Positions 26,849-36,713 of a stretch of DNA of 64,000 bases are shown piece by piece. The translations under genes and the position numbers were made by a program. This DNA comes from Candidatus Bilamarchaeaceae archaeon (GTDB lineage: Archaea > Micrarchaeota > Micrarchaeia > Anstonellales > Bilamarchaeaceae): assembly GCA_038851325.1 (NCBI GenBank), contig JAWCKZ010000001.1:111410-175409 (forward strand). The letters are read 5' to 3'. How positions within the stretch are numbered: position 1 is the stretch's first letter; each line of letters starts with the position of its first letter. The notes under the pieces are model-generated. The model did no database searches. It saw only the letters and a program-made list of their open reading frames with translations, and was not told where the DNA came from.

Positions 26849-28049
26849 ATCTTTTTTTATTAACCAGTATAATCTGTCTGAGCGCGCTCCCCAAAGTTTT
26901 TTTCTGCACCCTAACGATGGCAACAGCCCTTCCACCTCGGTTGATTACCCGTTGACCCTTGTGCGCTCTACGAAAGTTCTTTACATGTTCGCTCATTTCA
27001 ATTGGTGGGCCTTTCTTTTCCATCGTTCCACCGACAATTGCTTTTTTTGTCACAATTGCTATTTTCACGATATCGTTGGAGTCGGCAAAGATGTCCTTTA
27101 CATCAAAGTCAGAAAGTTCGGTTCTAAGCGTCCTCATAAACTTCTTCAGTTGACCCCAAAGGATATCATCAACAACCTCGGCCCTAGGCATTTCAATGAT
27201 GCGCACAATGCCATTCCTTCGTCTTACCTTTTCATCAAAGGACTCGGGCTTTTTAAAGAAAAACACCTCGCGGGGCTTTTTATTAAATTTCTTGCAGAGC
27301 GAAATGAATCTCTTCAAATTATCCTCTGAGAGCGCAGCCGCGACGTTTCTGTTTTTATCAGTAGGGTCGATAACCACAAATCTTGAATTAAACCTTTTAA
27401 TCAACTCGTCTTTCTTCAGTCCTTTATAATACCCCTTGATATCTATAACCATAGGAAGTTTCCAGCGAAGGACCGCCTTCAGCAATCTTCTAAAGCTTCC
27501 GTATCTAATAATAAGAAGTTCGCAGAGATATCCTGACAGCCCTTCCACGCGTATCTCCGCACCATATAACTCGTTTGCCTTTAGGAATTTTTTCAGCAGT
27601 CTCACTTCATCTCTTTGGCTTTTTTTCAGATTTCTCAAAATGAATCTCGTATGGAGAACAGAACGATCAACTGCTGTCAATCGTTCCTTTGCGTTTTTCG
27701 TTTTATACGCTGGCACCAGATCAATTCGTCTCGCTCCAAAATGAAATCGTATGTATGGATGCTCTGCGTAATTCATTTGGTATGCATACCCTGGAAATGC
27801 TTTGCGAAAAATGCTCTCAAGTTCGGTTTTGATTTTTTCTTTGTCAAGTCGCTCGTCAAATAAAATAAATAGGTCTACGTCACCCTCGCCGGATAGAAAT
27901 GTTTTCTTCGCAACCGAGCCTACCAAGGCTATTTCCCGCTCTGTAGCTTTCCCCAAGCGCCGCCTAAGCTCGCGCACTGTTTTTTGAAGAGAGAGCACTT
28001 CATCTGGGGAGGGTCGCAGTTTTTTAACGACCTCTTTTAGTATTTTCAT
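26805..28049 (-). CDS. cca: CCA-adding enzyme (archaeal class I tRNA nucleotidyltransferase)
   Basis: N-terminal GSVAKKTFLSGEGDVDLFILF (Pol-beta-like NTase G[SG]...D.D) and archaeal CCA body and tail domains. About 410 aa. Confidence 0.85.
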   Translation of the reverse strand: MKILKEVVKKLRPSPDEVLSLQKTVRELRRRLGKATEREIALVGSVAKKTFLSGEGDVDLFILFDERLDKEKIKTELESIFRKAFPGYAYQMNYAEHPYIRFHFGARRIDLVPAYKTKNAKERLTAVDRSVLHTRFILRNLKKSQRDEVRLLKKFLKANELYGAEIRVEGLSGYLCELLIIRYGSFRRLLKAVLRWKLPMVIDIKGYYKGLKKDELIKRFNSRFVVIDPTDKNRNVAAALSEDNLKRFISLCKKFNKKPREVFFFKKPESFDEKVRRRNGIVRIIEMPRAEVVDDILWGQLKKFMRTLRTELSDFDVKDIFADSNDIVKIAIVTKKAIVGGTMEKKGPPIEMSEHVKNFRRAHKGQRVINRGGRAVAIVRVQKKTLGSALRQIILVNKKRFNHLSLAKATVEPK

Positions 28050-28149
28050 TTTTTCCTCTTTGCCTTCGCTGATTTTTTTGCCTTCTTCTTAGTTGAACCA
28101 CAGCATGTGCAAGCCATGATGCTATAACAATGGGAAAATATTTAAGCGC

Positions 28150-29772
28150 TTGCTGGGAAAAAAGTTTATGGCGGAGGAATTTACAGAAGAAGAAAAAAAA
28201 GTGCTGCACCTTTTTGTCAGCAACACGGATAAGAATATTTTTGTATTGAAAAATCTTCCAGAGGTTGTAAAGGGCGCGCTTTTCTCACGCTATAGTAGGA
28301 GTTCAAAATCTCTTCGCCGCCTCCTTCTCGATGAATTCATCGGAAACAAGGAACTTAGTGTAGAAAAACTAATGAACAAACCTGAAGAGGATATAGTTAT
28401 TACAAAAAAGGCAGAGGAGTTTTATGACCGTGTTCTTGTGGGATTCGGGGATGATTCCGTTGCTGAGCTTGCGGGAACGCATCTTGCGCTAGAGAACATA
28501 TCCATGCTTGCAACAAAAGCCATAGAGGATTGCCGCATAGGCCTATCTCCCCTAGAAAAATCGACACGATATGTATACTTTGACAAAAAGGTCGATGGCA
28601 AATGGCTATACTACGAAGAACCAAGGCTAATGGAGGAATTTCCTGATGATTACAGAGAAGCATGCAATAGAGCTTTCGAAACATACACTGGACTTATCCA
28701 GAAGATATCTAAATATGTAAGTGAGAAGCTGGAACAAGGTCAACTTTCTGACAGAGCGTACGAAGCGGTTGTACGAGCTAAAACGTGCGACATCCTGCGC
28801 GGGCTTCTGCCTGCCTCAACTCTGACAAACATGGGAATATTTGGAAATGGGAGGGCCTTCGAGTATCTTCTCATAAAACTTTATGCGAGTAATCTTTCAG
28901 AACTAAAAATCATTGCTGCCCAAACCGAAAATGAACTCAAGAAAACAATCCCGTCCTTCGTAAAGCGCGCAAGTGAGAGACACGGTATTGAAATGCAGGA
29001 GTACCTAAGAGGACTTACAGAGAACATGATTTCTGTTGCACCAAAAGAAATATCCACAGAATGCGACTCGGTAAGGCTTGTTGATTATGATAAGGATGCC
29101 GAAGTGAAGATCATAGCTGCGATGCTCTACCCACACTCCGCACTTACTCTCGTGGAATTGGAAGAGCGAGTAAGAAAAATGCCAGAAGCCGAACGAAGAG
29201 CGCTGCTTAGTGCCCATTTTAGCAGAAGAACAAACAGGAGGCATAAACCAGCAAGGGGATTTGAGCGGGTATACTACACATTCGAGGTATGCACGAACTT
29301 TGGTGCCTACAGAGATCTTCATAGACACAGGATGCTTACGCAGCAGAGACAATTGCTGACAACAAAGCTCGGATACGATATCCCTAAAGAGATTGTTGAA
29401 GCAGGGCACGAGAGTGAATTCAAAGATGTTATGGAGGTCGCAGCCAACGGGTATGAAAGGATTGCAAAAAAACTGCCAGAAGAAGCGCAGTACATCGTGC
29501 CGCTCGCATATAGAATCAGATGGCAGATAACAATGAACCTCAGGGAGGCCTTTTACCTCTGCGAACTGCGTTCGACAGCACATGGCCATAGGGATTATAG
29601 GCACATAGCACAGGAGATTTGCAGAAAAATAAAAAGTGTCCACCCCTTCTTAACAGAAGGGATGATGTTTGTTGATATGAAAGAGTACGAATTTGAACGG
29701 CTTGAATCAGAGAAGAGAATGGACAAAAAAATCGAAGAAATAAAAAAGAAATACGGTAAAGGGAATAATTGA
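28150..29772 (+). CDS. thyX: ThyX-like FAD-dependent thymidylate synthase, unusually long form (540 aa)
   Basis: RHR...TQQRQ motif (HRHRMLTQQRQ) resembling the ThyX RHR-x7-S/SQxSxRY signature. N-terminal half carries an FSRYSRS-like segment, which suggests a duplicated or extended ThyX fold. Confidence 0.5.
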   Translation: MLGKKFMAEEFTEEEKKVLHLFVSNTDKNIFVLKNLPEVVKGALFSRYSRSSKSLRRLLLDEFIGNKELSVEKLMNKPEEDIVITKKAEEFYDRVLVGFGDDSVAELAGTHLALENISMLATKAIEDCRIGLSPLEKSTRYVYFDKKVDGKWLYYEEPRLMEEFPDDYREACNRAFETYTGLIQKISKYVSEKLEQGQLSDRAYEAVVRAKTCDILRGLLPASTLTNMGIFGNGRAFEYLLIKLYASNLSELKIIAAQTENELKKTIPSFVKRASERHGIEMQEYLRGLTENMISVAPKEISTECDSVRLVDYDKDAEVKIIAAMLYPHSALTLVELEERVRKMPEAERRALLSAHFSRRTNRRHKPARGFERVYYTFEVCTNFGAYRDLHRHRMLTQQRQLLTTKLGYDIPKEIVEAGHESEFKDVMEVAANGYERIAKKLPEEAQYIVPLAYRIRWQITMNLREAFYLCELRSTAHGHRDYRHIAQEICRKIKSVHPFLTEGMMFVDMKEYEFERLESEKRMDKKIEEIKKKYGKGNN

Positions 29773-30677
29773 TGATATACCTAACTGGTGCTACTGGAAG
29801 GTTAGGAAGGTATGTTTACAATGTTTTTCTCTCAAAAAAGACCGAGGTTTTTCCAATCGTAAGAAAACCCTCTGGTCTGAAGAATGAAATTATCTCAGAT
29901 TTCTCAGAGGGTTCTCTGAAGGCCATCCTTAAGAATGCAAAGGCAATCATACATTTAGCCGGTTCTGTAAAAACGTATGACAAAAAAGAACTTTGGAACA
30001 CAAACGTAGAGCTCACGCGGGTTATAGTTAATGCTGCACCAAAGAATGCAAAAATAATACTGGCAAGTTCTATCTCCGTTTACGGAAAGGAGCTAGCGAA
30101 AAAGCCTGCGGATGAGACCACACCAATAAGTCCTGATAGCGACTACGCGCGCTCCAAATACGAAGCTGAGAAGCTGGTCTCTCAACACCCAAATCATGTG
30201 ATTCTCAGAATAGGTACGATATATGGCCCATTCGAGGATTACAAAATTATGCTTCAAAAGATAAAGAGAGAGAGAATGCAAATTATAGGAAATGGCAATA
30301 ACATTATTCCGTTTGTTCACGTAGAGGACGCCGCCAGTGTGTTTATACCCGCGCTGAAAAAAACTGGTGTTTATAACATAGTCGGAGAAGCGATAACTCA
30401 GAGGGAGGCATACGCTGTGGCTGCAAAAGAGCTTGGTGTAAAGCCACCAACAAAACAAGTATCGTTTTTTCTTGCCTATCTCTCAGCATGGTTTGCAGAG
30501 AGAGCTGCGCTGCTAACTGGCAGCGAGTGTAAGATAACTACTGAACATATAGCGATCTTATATTTTGACAGACCATTCGATTGCAGCAAGGCAAGGCGAG
30601 AACTTGGTTTCTTACCAAGGGATCCTGTTAATGGCATAAAGCAGGTTGTGAACGAGTTACGCCCTTTTATAATTTAG
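29769..30677 (+). CDS. NAD(P)-dependent epimerase/dehydratase (extended SDR family)
   Basis: N-terminal Rossmann GATGRLG, catalytic YxxxK (YARSKYEAEK). Confidence 0.7.
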   Translation: MMIYLTGATGRLGRYVYNVFLSKKTEVFPIVRKPSGLKNEIISDFSEGSLKAILKNAKAIIHLAGSVKTYDKKELWNTNVELTRVIVNAAPKNAKIILASSISVYGKELAKKPADETTPISPDSDYARSKYEAEKLVSQHPNHVILRIGTIYGPFEDYKIMLQKIKRERMQIIGNGNNIIPFVHVEDAASVFIPALKKTGVYNIVGEAITQREAYAVAAKELGVKPPTKQVSFFLAYLSAWFAERAALLTGSECKITTEHIAILYFDRPFDCSKARRELGFLPRDPVNGIKQVVNELRPFII

Positions 30678-30733
30678 TCTACTGCTACATTTCTGCTACA
30701 ATTTTTTTTGTAATATACAAATAAATATGTAAT

Positions 30734-31387
30734 TTGAGATACAAAGATATGCACTCTGAAAATGTTAGAAAGGCAGCTGAGCAACTTAAAAACGGCAGTT
30801 TTGTGGTAATATACGATGGTGATGAGAGGGAAGGTGAAGCGGATCTAGTTTTCCATGCAGCCTTTGCAAGTTATGATAAGATAGAAAAACTTAGAACAGA
30901 TGCGGGCGGATTGGTCTGCGTTGCGCTTGGGAAGGAGGAAGCGGAGAAACTGAGGCTACCTTTTTACACAGACGTGCTTAGAAAGGCAGGACTTGCTGGT
31001 CTCGCGTGCAGAAAGACGCCATACGGTGATGAGCCTGCGTTCTCGCTCTCAGTGAACCACAAAGAAACGCGGACTGGGATAACAGACCAAGATAGAGCCT
31101 TTACCATCAGGGAATTGACACTTCTGTTAAAAAGTGGAGCGCCTTACGAAAACTTCGTCAACAACTTTTACTCTCCGGGACATGTTTTTCTCTTAATAAG
31201 CAGAGGGTTAGAAGCACGAAGAGGACATACAGAGTTGGCAACAGAACTCGCTGCTATCGCAGGATTGGTGAAAGCAGTCGTTATCTGCGAAATGCTCTCA
31301 ACAAAAAGAGCAATGAGAAAAGAAAGCGCAAGAGCGTATGCTGAGAAAAATGGATTGGTGTTTGTAGAGGGACGCGAATTTGGGTGA
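30734..31387 (+). CDS. ribB: 3,4-dihydroxy-2-butanone 4-phosphate synthase
   Basis: DHBP synthase signature around DGDEREGEADLVF and conserved C-terminal region. Confidence 0.85.
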   Translation: MRYKDMHSENVRKAAEQLKNGSFVVIYDGDEREGEADLVFHAAFASYDKIEKLRTDAGGLVCVALGKEEAEKLRLPFYTDVLRKAGLAGLACRKTPYGDEPAFSLSVNHKETRTGITDQDRAFTIRELTLLLKSGAPYENFVNNFYSPGHVFLLISRGLEARRGHTELATELAAIAGLVKAVVICEMLSTKRAMRKESARAYAEKNGLVFVEGREFG

Positions 31388-32276
31388 TTACGTGAAGGTT
31401 GGTATTGTTGACACCATGTTTTCGCGTGTTGATATGGGTGCTATGGCGATTGATGAGATAAAGAAAAATTATCCCGACGTCGAGATTGTAAAACGCACTG
31501 TACCTGGCGTTAAGGACCTGCCAATCGAATGCAAACGGTTGCTTGACAGTGGTTGCGATTCCTGCATGGCACTTGGTATGGTGGGTGGAGCGCCCATCGA
31601 TGTAGTATGCGCGCACGAGGCGTCGCTTGGGATACAGCAAGCGAAACTGCTCACTGGAAAGCACATCATCGAGGTTTTTGTCCATGAAAGCGAGGCGTGG
31701 AGCGATGAGGAGTTTTACGGTATATGCGAAAACCGCGTGAGAAAGCACGCACACAATGCCATCGATATAGTTTTATATCCAGAGAGGCTTGCTAAAAATG
31801 CAGGAAAAGGAATCCGTCAGGGAAAGGAGGACGAAGGGCCGCTTTCGCTGGAGAAAAGAAGAACACGTATGGGTATCGTCGTCTCAACATTCAACAGCGA
31901 GATAACCCGGGATATGCTCGAAAGCGCGAGAAAAACTGCTGAAGAACAAGGTGCTGAAATAGTAACTACCATCTCAGTATACGGCGCATTTGAAATCCCG
32001 CTTGCTGCCAAAAAACTTCTTATGGACAAGAAGGTCGACTGCATAGCTGTCCTTGGTGCAGTCGTAAAAGGCGAAACGGCACACGATGAGGTGATAACAA
32101 AAACCGTTGCGAACAGGTTAAGCGGACTTTCACTTGAATTCAGGAAGCCAGTAGGTTTTGGTATAATTGGCTATAACGCGAACTGGGACGTCGCAACAGA
32201 ACGCGCGAAAGAGTATGCGACGCGAGCAGTAAAGGCTGCTGTTGAACTCGCAGGGGCTCTGAGAAGGTATGATTAA
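31380..32276 (+). CDS. ribH: fusion protein: archaeal-type riboflavin synthase (N-terminal) plus 6,7-dimethyl-8-ribityllumazine synthase (C-terminal)
   Basis: N-terminal half VGIVDTMFSRVDMGAMAIDEIKK resembles archaeal riboflavin synthase (MJ1184-type). C-terminal half MGIVVSTFNSEITRDMLESA...VYGAFEIPLAAKKL resembles lumazine synthase. Both halves have the lumazine-synthase-like flavodoxin fold. Confidence 0.65.
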   Translation: MGDYVKVGIVDTMFSRVDMGAMAIDEIKKNYPDVEIVKRTVPGVKDLPIECKRLLDSGCDSCMALGMVGGAPIDVVCAHEASLGIQQAKLLTGKHIIEVFVHESEAWSDEEFYGICENRVRKHAHNAIDIVLYPERLAKNAGKGIRQGKEDEGPLSLEKRRTRMGIVVSTFNSEITRDMLESARKTAEEQGAEIVTTISVYGAFEIPLAAKKLLMDKKVDCIAVLGAVVKGETAHDEVITKTVANRLSGLSLEFRKPVGFGIIGYNANWDVATERAKEYATRAVKAAVELAGALRRYD

Positions 32277-32919
32277 GCATGATGCATGTGCATCACTCAT
32301 GACACCCTACGGCGAATTCAACATGCATATTTTCAAGGATGGAGTGCAAGAACAGATTGCACTTGTCATGCCATGGGTAGAAAACGAATCGGTCCTTGTC
32401 AGGATACATTCAAAATGTATCACGGGTGAGGTATTCGAATCCCTTCACTGTGATTGTCGAGCGCAACTTGAACTGGCAAAAAAGATGATAGGAAAGGAAG
32501 GGGGATTGCTTATCTACCTCGACCATGAAGGAAGGGGGATAGGGCTTGGAAACAAGATAAGAGCGTACGCGTTGCAGCAGGAGCGCGGTTATGATACGGT
32601 AGACGCAAATGCTGCGCTGAGCCTACCCGTTGACGCAAGGGATTACTCTGCTGCCATAGAGATAATCAGGTTTTTTGGGATATCTAAAGTACGCTTGCTG
32701 ACAAATAATCCAGACAAAATAACCGCTCTTGAGCAAAGTAAGATAGAAGTACAGCGTGTGCCGCTCGTTGTTCAGCCGAACGAATATAATAGGTTTTATT
32801 TGGAAACAAAAGAGCGAAGGATGGGGCATGATCTCGGCCTAACAAAAGAGACTCTCTCCATAAAACTCAGAAAGCCTGAAGGGAAAAAGGAAGTAATAAG
32901 GAAAAAGTTAGTTATATAA
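32269..32919 (+). CDS. ribA: GTP cyclohydrolase II (bacterial RibA type)
   Basis: Zinc-binding C-x2-G-x-V-x-E-S-x-H-C-D-C motif (CITGEVFESLHCDC) and conserved GxGxxxxG and TNNP segments. Confidence 0.8.
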   Translation: MIKHDACASLMTPYGEFNMHIFKDGVQEQIALVMPWVENESVLVRIHSKCITGEVFESLHCDCRAQLELAKKMIGKEGGLLIYLDHEGRGIGLGNKIRAYALQQERGYDTVDANAALSLPVDARDYSAAIEIIRFFGISKVRLLTNNPDKITALEQSKIEVQRVPLVVQPNEYNRFYLETKERRMGHDLGLTKETLSIKLRKPEGKKEVIRKKLVI

Positions 32920-33310
32920 GAAAGTCTGCAAGAAGTTTTGCAGCTTTTCGTGGTTTGTCCACTTTTATTGCAACAATGCCTTTTTCTTTCTCGCGCGATA
33001 TAAACGTCCACTCCCGAAGCGCAATCTTTTTCTCTTCTAATACTTTTTTCAGGTCCTCTATTGTCCTAAAGTAGTCTGGTAGCGTAAGCACTACTGCGCC
33101 CCTCTCGATGACCTCAAAACCGTTTTTGGCAAGTACGCTCTTTGCTTTCTGCCCATCCCTAACTGTCAGTGATATAACTGCCTTTCCACCTGCTGCTTTT
33201 ATCCCTACACCTTCCATTCGTATACCCTCTTTTCCAAGGATGTAAGAGATATCGGTAAGAAGACCTACCCTCTCATCCGCCACTACCACTACTGATTGCA
33301 TAGGAAGCAC
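32912..33310 (-). CDS. ACT-domain protein
   Basis: Two beta-alpha-beta-beta-alpha-beta-like units beginning with VVVVADERVGLLTDISYILGKEGI (ACT signature G-hydrophobic pattern). Confidence 0.55.
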   Translation of the reverse strand: MLPMQSVVVVADERVGLLTDISYILGKEGIRMEGVGIKAAGGKAVISLTVRDGQKAKSVLAKNGFEVIERGAVVLTLPDYFRTIEDLKKVLEEKKIALREWTFISREKEKGIVAIKVDKPRKAAKLLADFLI

Positions 33311-33317
33311 CCTTTAG

Positions 33318-33659
33318 TCATAAGAATCTTTTGATATCCTCCGAAACTGAGTCGAGCATTTGGAATGCCTGATAGCCATCGAGCGTCCCAACAGAAGCAC
33401 TCTTCACCTTTATCTTGTTTAGGAGAGCGACCAGCTCTATCTTCTCTTTTGTTGTCAGAATCGCACCGGAAGCAAGTGCGTACCTTAACTTGAATACTGC
33501 AGAGATCGCTTTCTTATGCGTTCTACTAAAATCATTTGCGGTGAGCATTGCGATTGTCTCGAGGTCGTTCTTCGCTTTTATAAATTCCTCTCTGCATACG
33601 GTGGCATCGCGCTCTTCCTTTCCCAAAAGCGATTTTATAACCCCAAACATCGCAACCAC
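33318..33659 (-). CDS. hypothetical protein (113 aa)
   Basis: ORF co-oriented with the ACT protein and 7 nt upstream of it. No recognisable motif. Confidence 0.4.
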   Translation of the reverse strand: MVAMFGVIKSLLGKEERDATVCREEFIKAKNDLETIAMLTANDFSRTHKKAISAVFKLRYALASGAILTTKEKIELVALLNKIKVKSASVGTLDGYQAFQMLDSVSEDIKRFL

Positions 33660-33908
33660 CCTATTTTATATTTGCAAGGTAGTTTATTTATATTTTTTGC
33701 TTAAAAATATGTGTAAAATCACATTTATTTTTAAATATTTTGTTTTTATAGTACATAAACGGCTCAGTTAATTGTTATAATTATAACACATCAGTGCACA
33801 AAAAATCACTAAAAGCATGGGCGCACTGCTGGTACTGCCAGGTTTTTAAAAACCTTTTTGTTGTAATCCCAATAGGCGTGTCCCTAGCCAACCAATGAGG
33901 GCCTTACT

Positions 33909-34997
33909 ATGGAGTTTCCAAATATATTTAAAGGAGATTATCGCTTACTTGCAGTTCCACCGTTGCTTCTACTCATTCTTGCCTTTTTTTTCATACCGCA
34001 GATAAAGCTCGGCGTAGATTTCAAGGGAGGGATTCTCGTATCCCTAAATCTTGACGAGAAGATAGATGCAGCGACGCTTAAAGAGAGGCTTGAGGCTGCA
34101 GGCCTATCAGCAGACACACGGGTATTTGACACTCCTGTAGGTTACAAAGCTGAGATTGAGCTTCCTCAGAGTGAAGCTATTCTTAAAGCAGAGAAGTTAA
34201 AAAAGGAGTTCGAGAGGCTTTTGCCAGAGGTGACTGCTCTCGAAATAGAATCGCAGAATGATGAGAACAAGAGAGCAGAGTATGAAAGAAAAATGACGGA
34301 AGCATGGGGAGTAGCGGATCAAATGTTTGCCATTGCCGGGGTTAAGCACACAAAGGATGAGATAAAGAGTGTCAACGAGGTTGACAGGCTCTTCACAGCA
34401 GCCTATAAAAAGGTTTACACGGATTATCAAGACTCGATAATAACCATTATAAAGCGAAATGTTAAGTACTCATCAATTTCCATCCAAACTGTAAGCCCAG
34501 CACTTAGCAATCATTTTATAGATACCGCAATTAATGTTGCCATAGCGTCAGCTATTCTTAGCGCGCTTTTCGTTTTTATCTTTTTCAGAGCTGCGGCACC
34601 GAGTGCAGCAGTCATCATTGGCGCAGCATGCGATGTGATCATAGCGCTAGGCGCAATGGGCCTATTTGGCATCCCGCTTACACTTCCTTCATTTGCAGCG
34701 CTTCTTATGCTTGTAGGATTTTCCCTTGACACTGATATTCTACTAACAATGCGAATGCTCAAGAGAGCTGGTGACCCACGAGAGAAGGCTCATGACGCAA
34801 TGAAGACTGGGTTAACAATGAGCGTGATGGCAATCGTTGCTTTTGCCACTTTATTTGTGCTTGCTTATCTGACCCATTTAACAACTTATTATGAGATATC
34901 GTCAGTGGCATTAGCAGGACTTTTCGGTGATATGTTTGCAACATGGGGAATAAACGCCGTTCTGTTGCTGATGTACATTGAGAAAAAAGGGGGCTAA
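33909..34997 (+). CDS. secF: protein-export membrane protein SecF
   Basis: N-terminal TM, periplasmic domain with DFKGG, six C-terminal TM helices. Shorter of the adjacent pair, in archaeal secF-secD order. Confidence 0.65.
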   Translation: MEFPNIFKGDYRLLAVPPLLLLILAFFFIPQIKLGVDFKGGILVSLNLDEKIDAATLKERLEAAGLSADTRVFDTPVGYKAEIELPQSEAILKAEKLKKEFERLLPEVTALEIESQNDENKRAEYERKMTEAWGVADQMFAIAGVKHTKDEIKSVNEVDRLFTAAYKKVYTDYQDSIITIIKRNVKYSSISIQTVSPALSNHFIDTAINVAIASAILSALFVFIFFRAAAPSAAVIIGAACDVIIALGAMGLFGIPLTLPSFAALLMLVGFSLDTDILLTMRMLKRAGDPREKAHDAMKTGLTMSVMAIVAFATLFVLAYLTHLTTYYEISSVALAGLFGDMFATWGINAVLLLMYIEKKGG

Positions 34998-36690
34998 GAT
35001 GGAGATACCAAAAGATACGCGAACTATTATAATGACTGTGCTCTTCTTTGCGTTTGCTGGAGCGATATATCTATGGAAAAGCCTCTCCGGAATGACCCTA
35101 ATACTAGCACTCATTGTGTTCGGCGCACTCTCTTTATGGTCCAAAGAGAAGCATATAAAGATGATGGGGCTTTTTTTTCTTGTACTTCTGTCCATGCTGA
35201 ACATCACGATAAATGGGATGAATTTTGGCATAGATTTCAAGGGTGGGACACGGATACCGATCCTATTGGAGCATGCAGTTGACGAAAGCACAAAGGGGCA
35301 ACTTGTGGATGCGATAAAGAAGAGAGTAAGTGTACTCGGGCTCACGGAAGTCAGAGTAAAGGCGGTAGGGAATACGCAGATAAATGTTGAGATACCGAGT
35401 AGCGATGAAGAAAGAATAAGATTCATAGAAGAAGTGCTCTCTCGCCAAGGGGTGTATCAGGGAATAATAGACGGGAAGATCGCCATAACTGGTGATCATA
35501 TATTCTCAACATCAATTCGCGCCCAAAGCGCAAATGAACTTAGTAGAAACGCTGATTGGGGGGTTTCCTTTTCCGTTGACAGAGAGGGTGCAGAGCAGTT
35601 TGCCGCTGCTGCTTACAGAAAAGGGGATTATCCTGTATACATGTACCTTGATAGACCAACGGATGCCATGCTCTTTTATACTAGGGAGGAACTCCGCTCT
35701 GCAATACCAACTTACTCGAGTGAGCGGGAGTGCCTTCTTGCGTTGAGGAACGCCCTCAAGCTTGAGAATGGACAGGATATAGAGGTATTCATTCTGGATG
35801 AAATAAATTTCACAAATACAACAATAGCACCAAAGAGCAATAAGACGCTTGCCATCATCTCAGAGAATACACCGCGTGAATACAAAGATGCCCTTTCACA
35901 CCTAGGCTTCACACTCAAGGAGCTCCCTCCAGAAAAGATCAAGCCTACCTTTATGGAGACACGTACTGGAGAAGTAATAGTTGAAAAGATAGAGGGTATC
36001 GGACTTTTATCTGCTCCCCTTCTCTCGCCAAACCTCGCTGAAGGAATACCAAACTACAACTTTGCGATAAGCGGAAGCGTGGAGGCCACAGATGCTGCCA
36101 CAAAAGCAAAGGAGTCAAAGGCACGAACGGAGTATATACAATCTATACTAAAGGGTGGCTCTCTTCCTGTTGGGATAACGCTTGGTTCGCGAACCACCCT
36201 TCCTGCTGCGCTTGGTGAGGAGTTTCTAAAACTCAGTCTCACAGGAATAGCTGCTGCTCTTGTTGTCATATCTCTTCTTATAGGTATAAGATATATGAAC
36301 GTAAAGGCAACCCTGCCCATAGTAGCAATAAGTCTGGCTGAACTGCTCATTCTTCTCTCCATACTCGGCTCTTTCACAATAGACCTCGCAGCGATGGCTG
36401 GGATAATAGCTGCGATTGGTGTTGGTGTTGACGCACAGATAGTCATAACTGATGAACTTCTGAAAAAAGATCAACGCACAATAAATGAGAAGACAGAACA
36501 TGCATTCTCGATAATAAAAACAAATGTCGTGGTGGCTATCATCTCAATGATTCCGCTCCTCTTTTCAGGCCTTGTTGAGATTATAGGATTCGCAACATCA
36601 ACAATCCTCGGCTCCCTTCTCGGTTATCTTCTTTCCAGACCAGCATACGCAGTGATAGTTGAGAAAATTCTCGGTGTGAAGGAACAATAA
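34978..36690 (+). CDS. secD: protein-export membrane protein SecD
   Basis: DFKGGTRI, IKKRVSVLGLTEVRVKAVGNTQINVEIP (SecD P1-head signature), six C-terminal TM helices. Confidence 0.7.
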   Translation: MRKKGAKMEIPKDTRTIIMTVLFFAFAGAIYLWKSLSGMTLILALIVFGALSLWSKEKHIKMMGLFFLVLLSMLNITINGMNFGIDFKGGTRIPILLEHAVDESTKGQLVDAIKKRVSVLGLTEVRVKAVGNTQINVEIPSSDEERIRFIEEVLSRQGVYQGIIDGKIAITGDHIFSTSIRAQSANELSRNADWGVSFSVDREGAEQFAAAAYRKGDYPVYMYLDRPTDAMLFYTREELRSAIPTYSSERECLLALRNALKLENGQDIEVFILDEINFTNTTIAPKSNKTLAIISENTPREYKDALSHLGFTLKELPPEKIKPTFMETRTGEVIVEKIEGIGLLSAPLLSPNLAEGIPNYNFAISGSVEATDAATKAKESKARTEYIQSILKGGSLPVGITLGSRTTLPAALGEEFLKLSLTGIAAALVVISLLIGIRYMNVKATLPIVAISLAELLILLSILGSFTIDLAAMAGIIAAIGVGVDAQIVITDELLKKDQRTINEKTEHAFSIIKTNVVVAIISMIPLLFSGLVEIIGFATSTILGSLLGYLLSRPAYAVIVEKILGVKEQ

Positions 36691-36713
36691 AGGGGTTTTC
36701 CTTAAGAATTAAA

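Noticed and set aside
31281-31754. 157-aa ORF on - strand
   Set aside because: Antisense within the ribB and riboflavin-synthase genes. Spurious.
33771-33784. 14-bp perfect palindrome GTTATAATTATAAC in the 250-bp AT-rich divergent promoter upstream of secF
   Set aside because: Short AT-rich palindromes are expected by chance in a region this AT-rich. Noted but not supported as a regulatory site.
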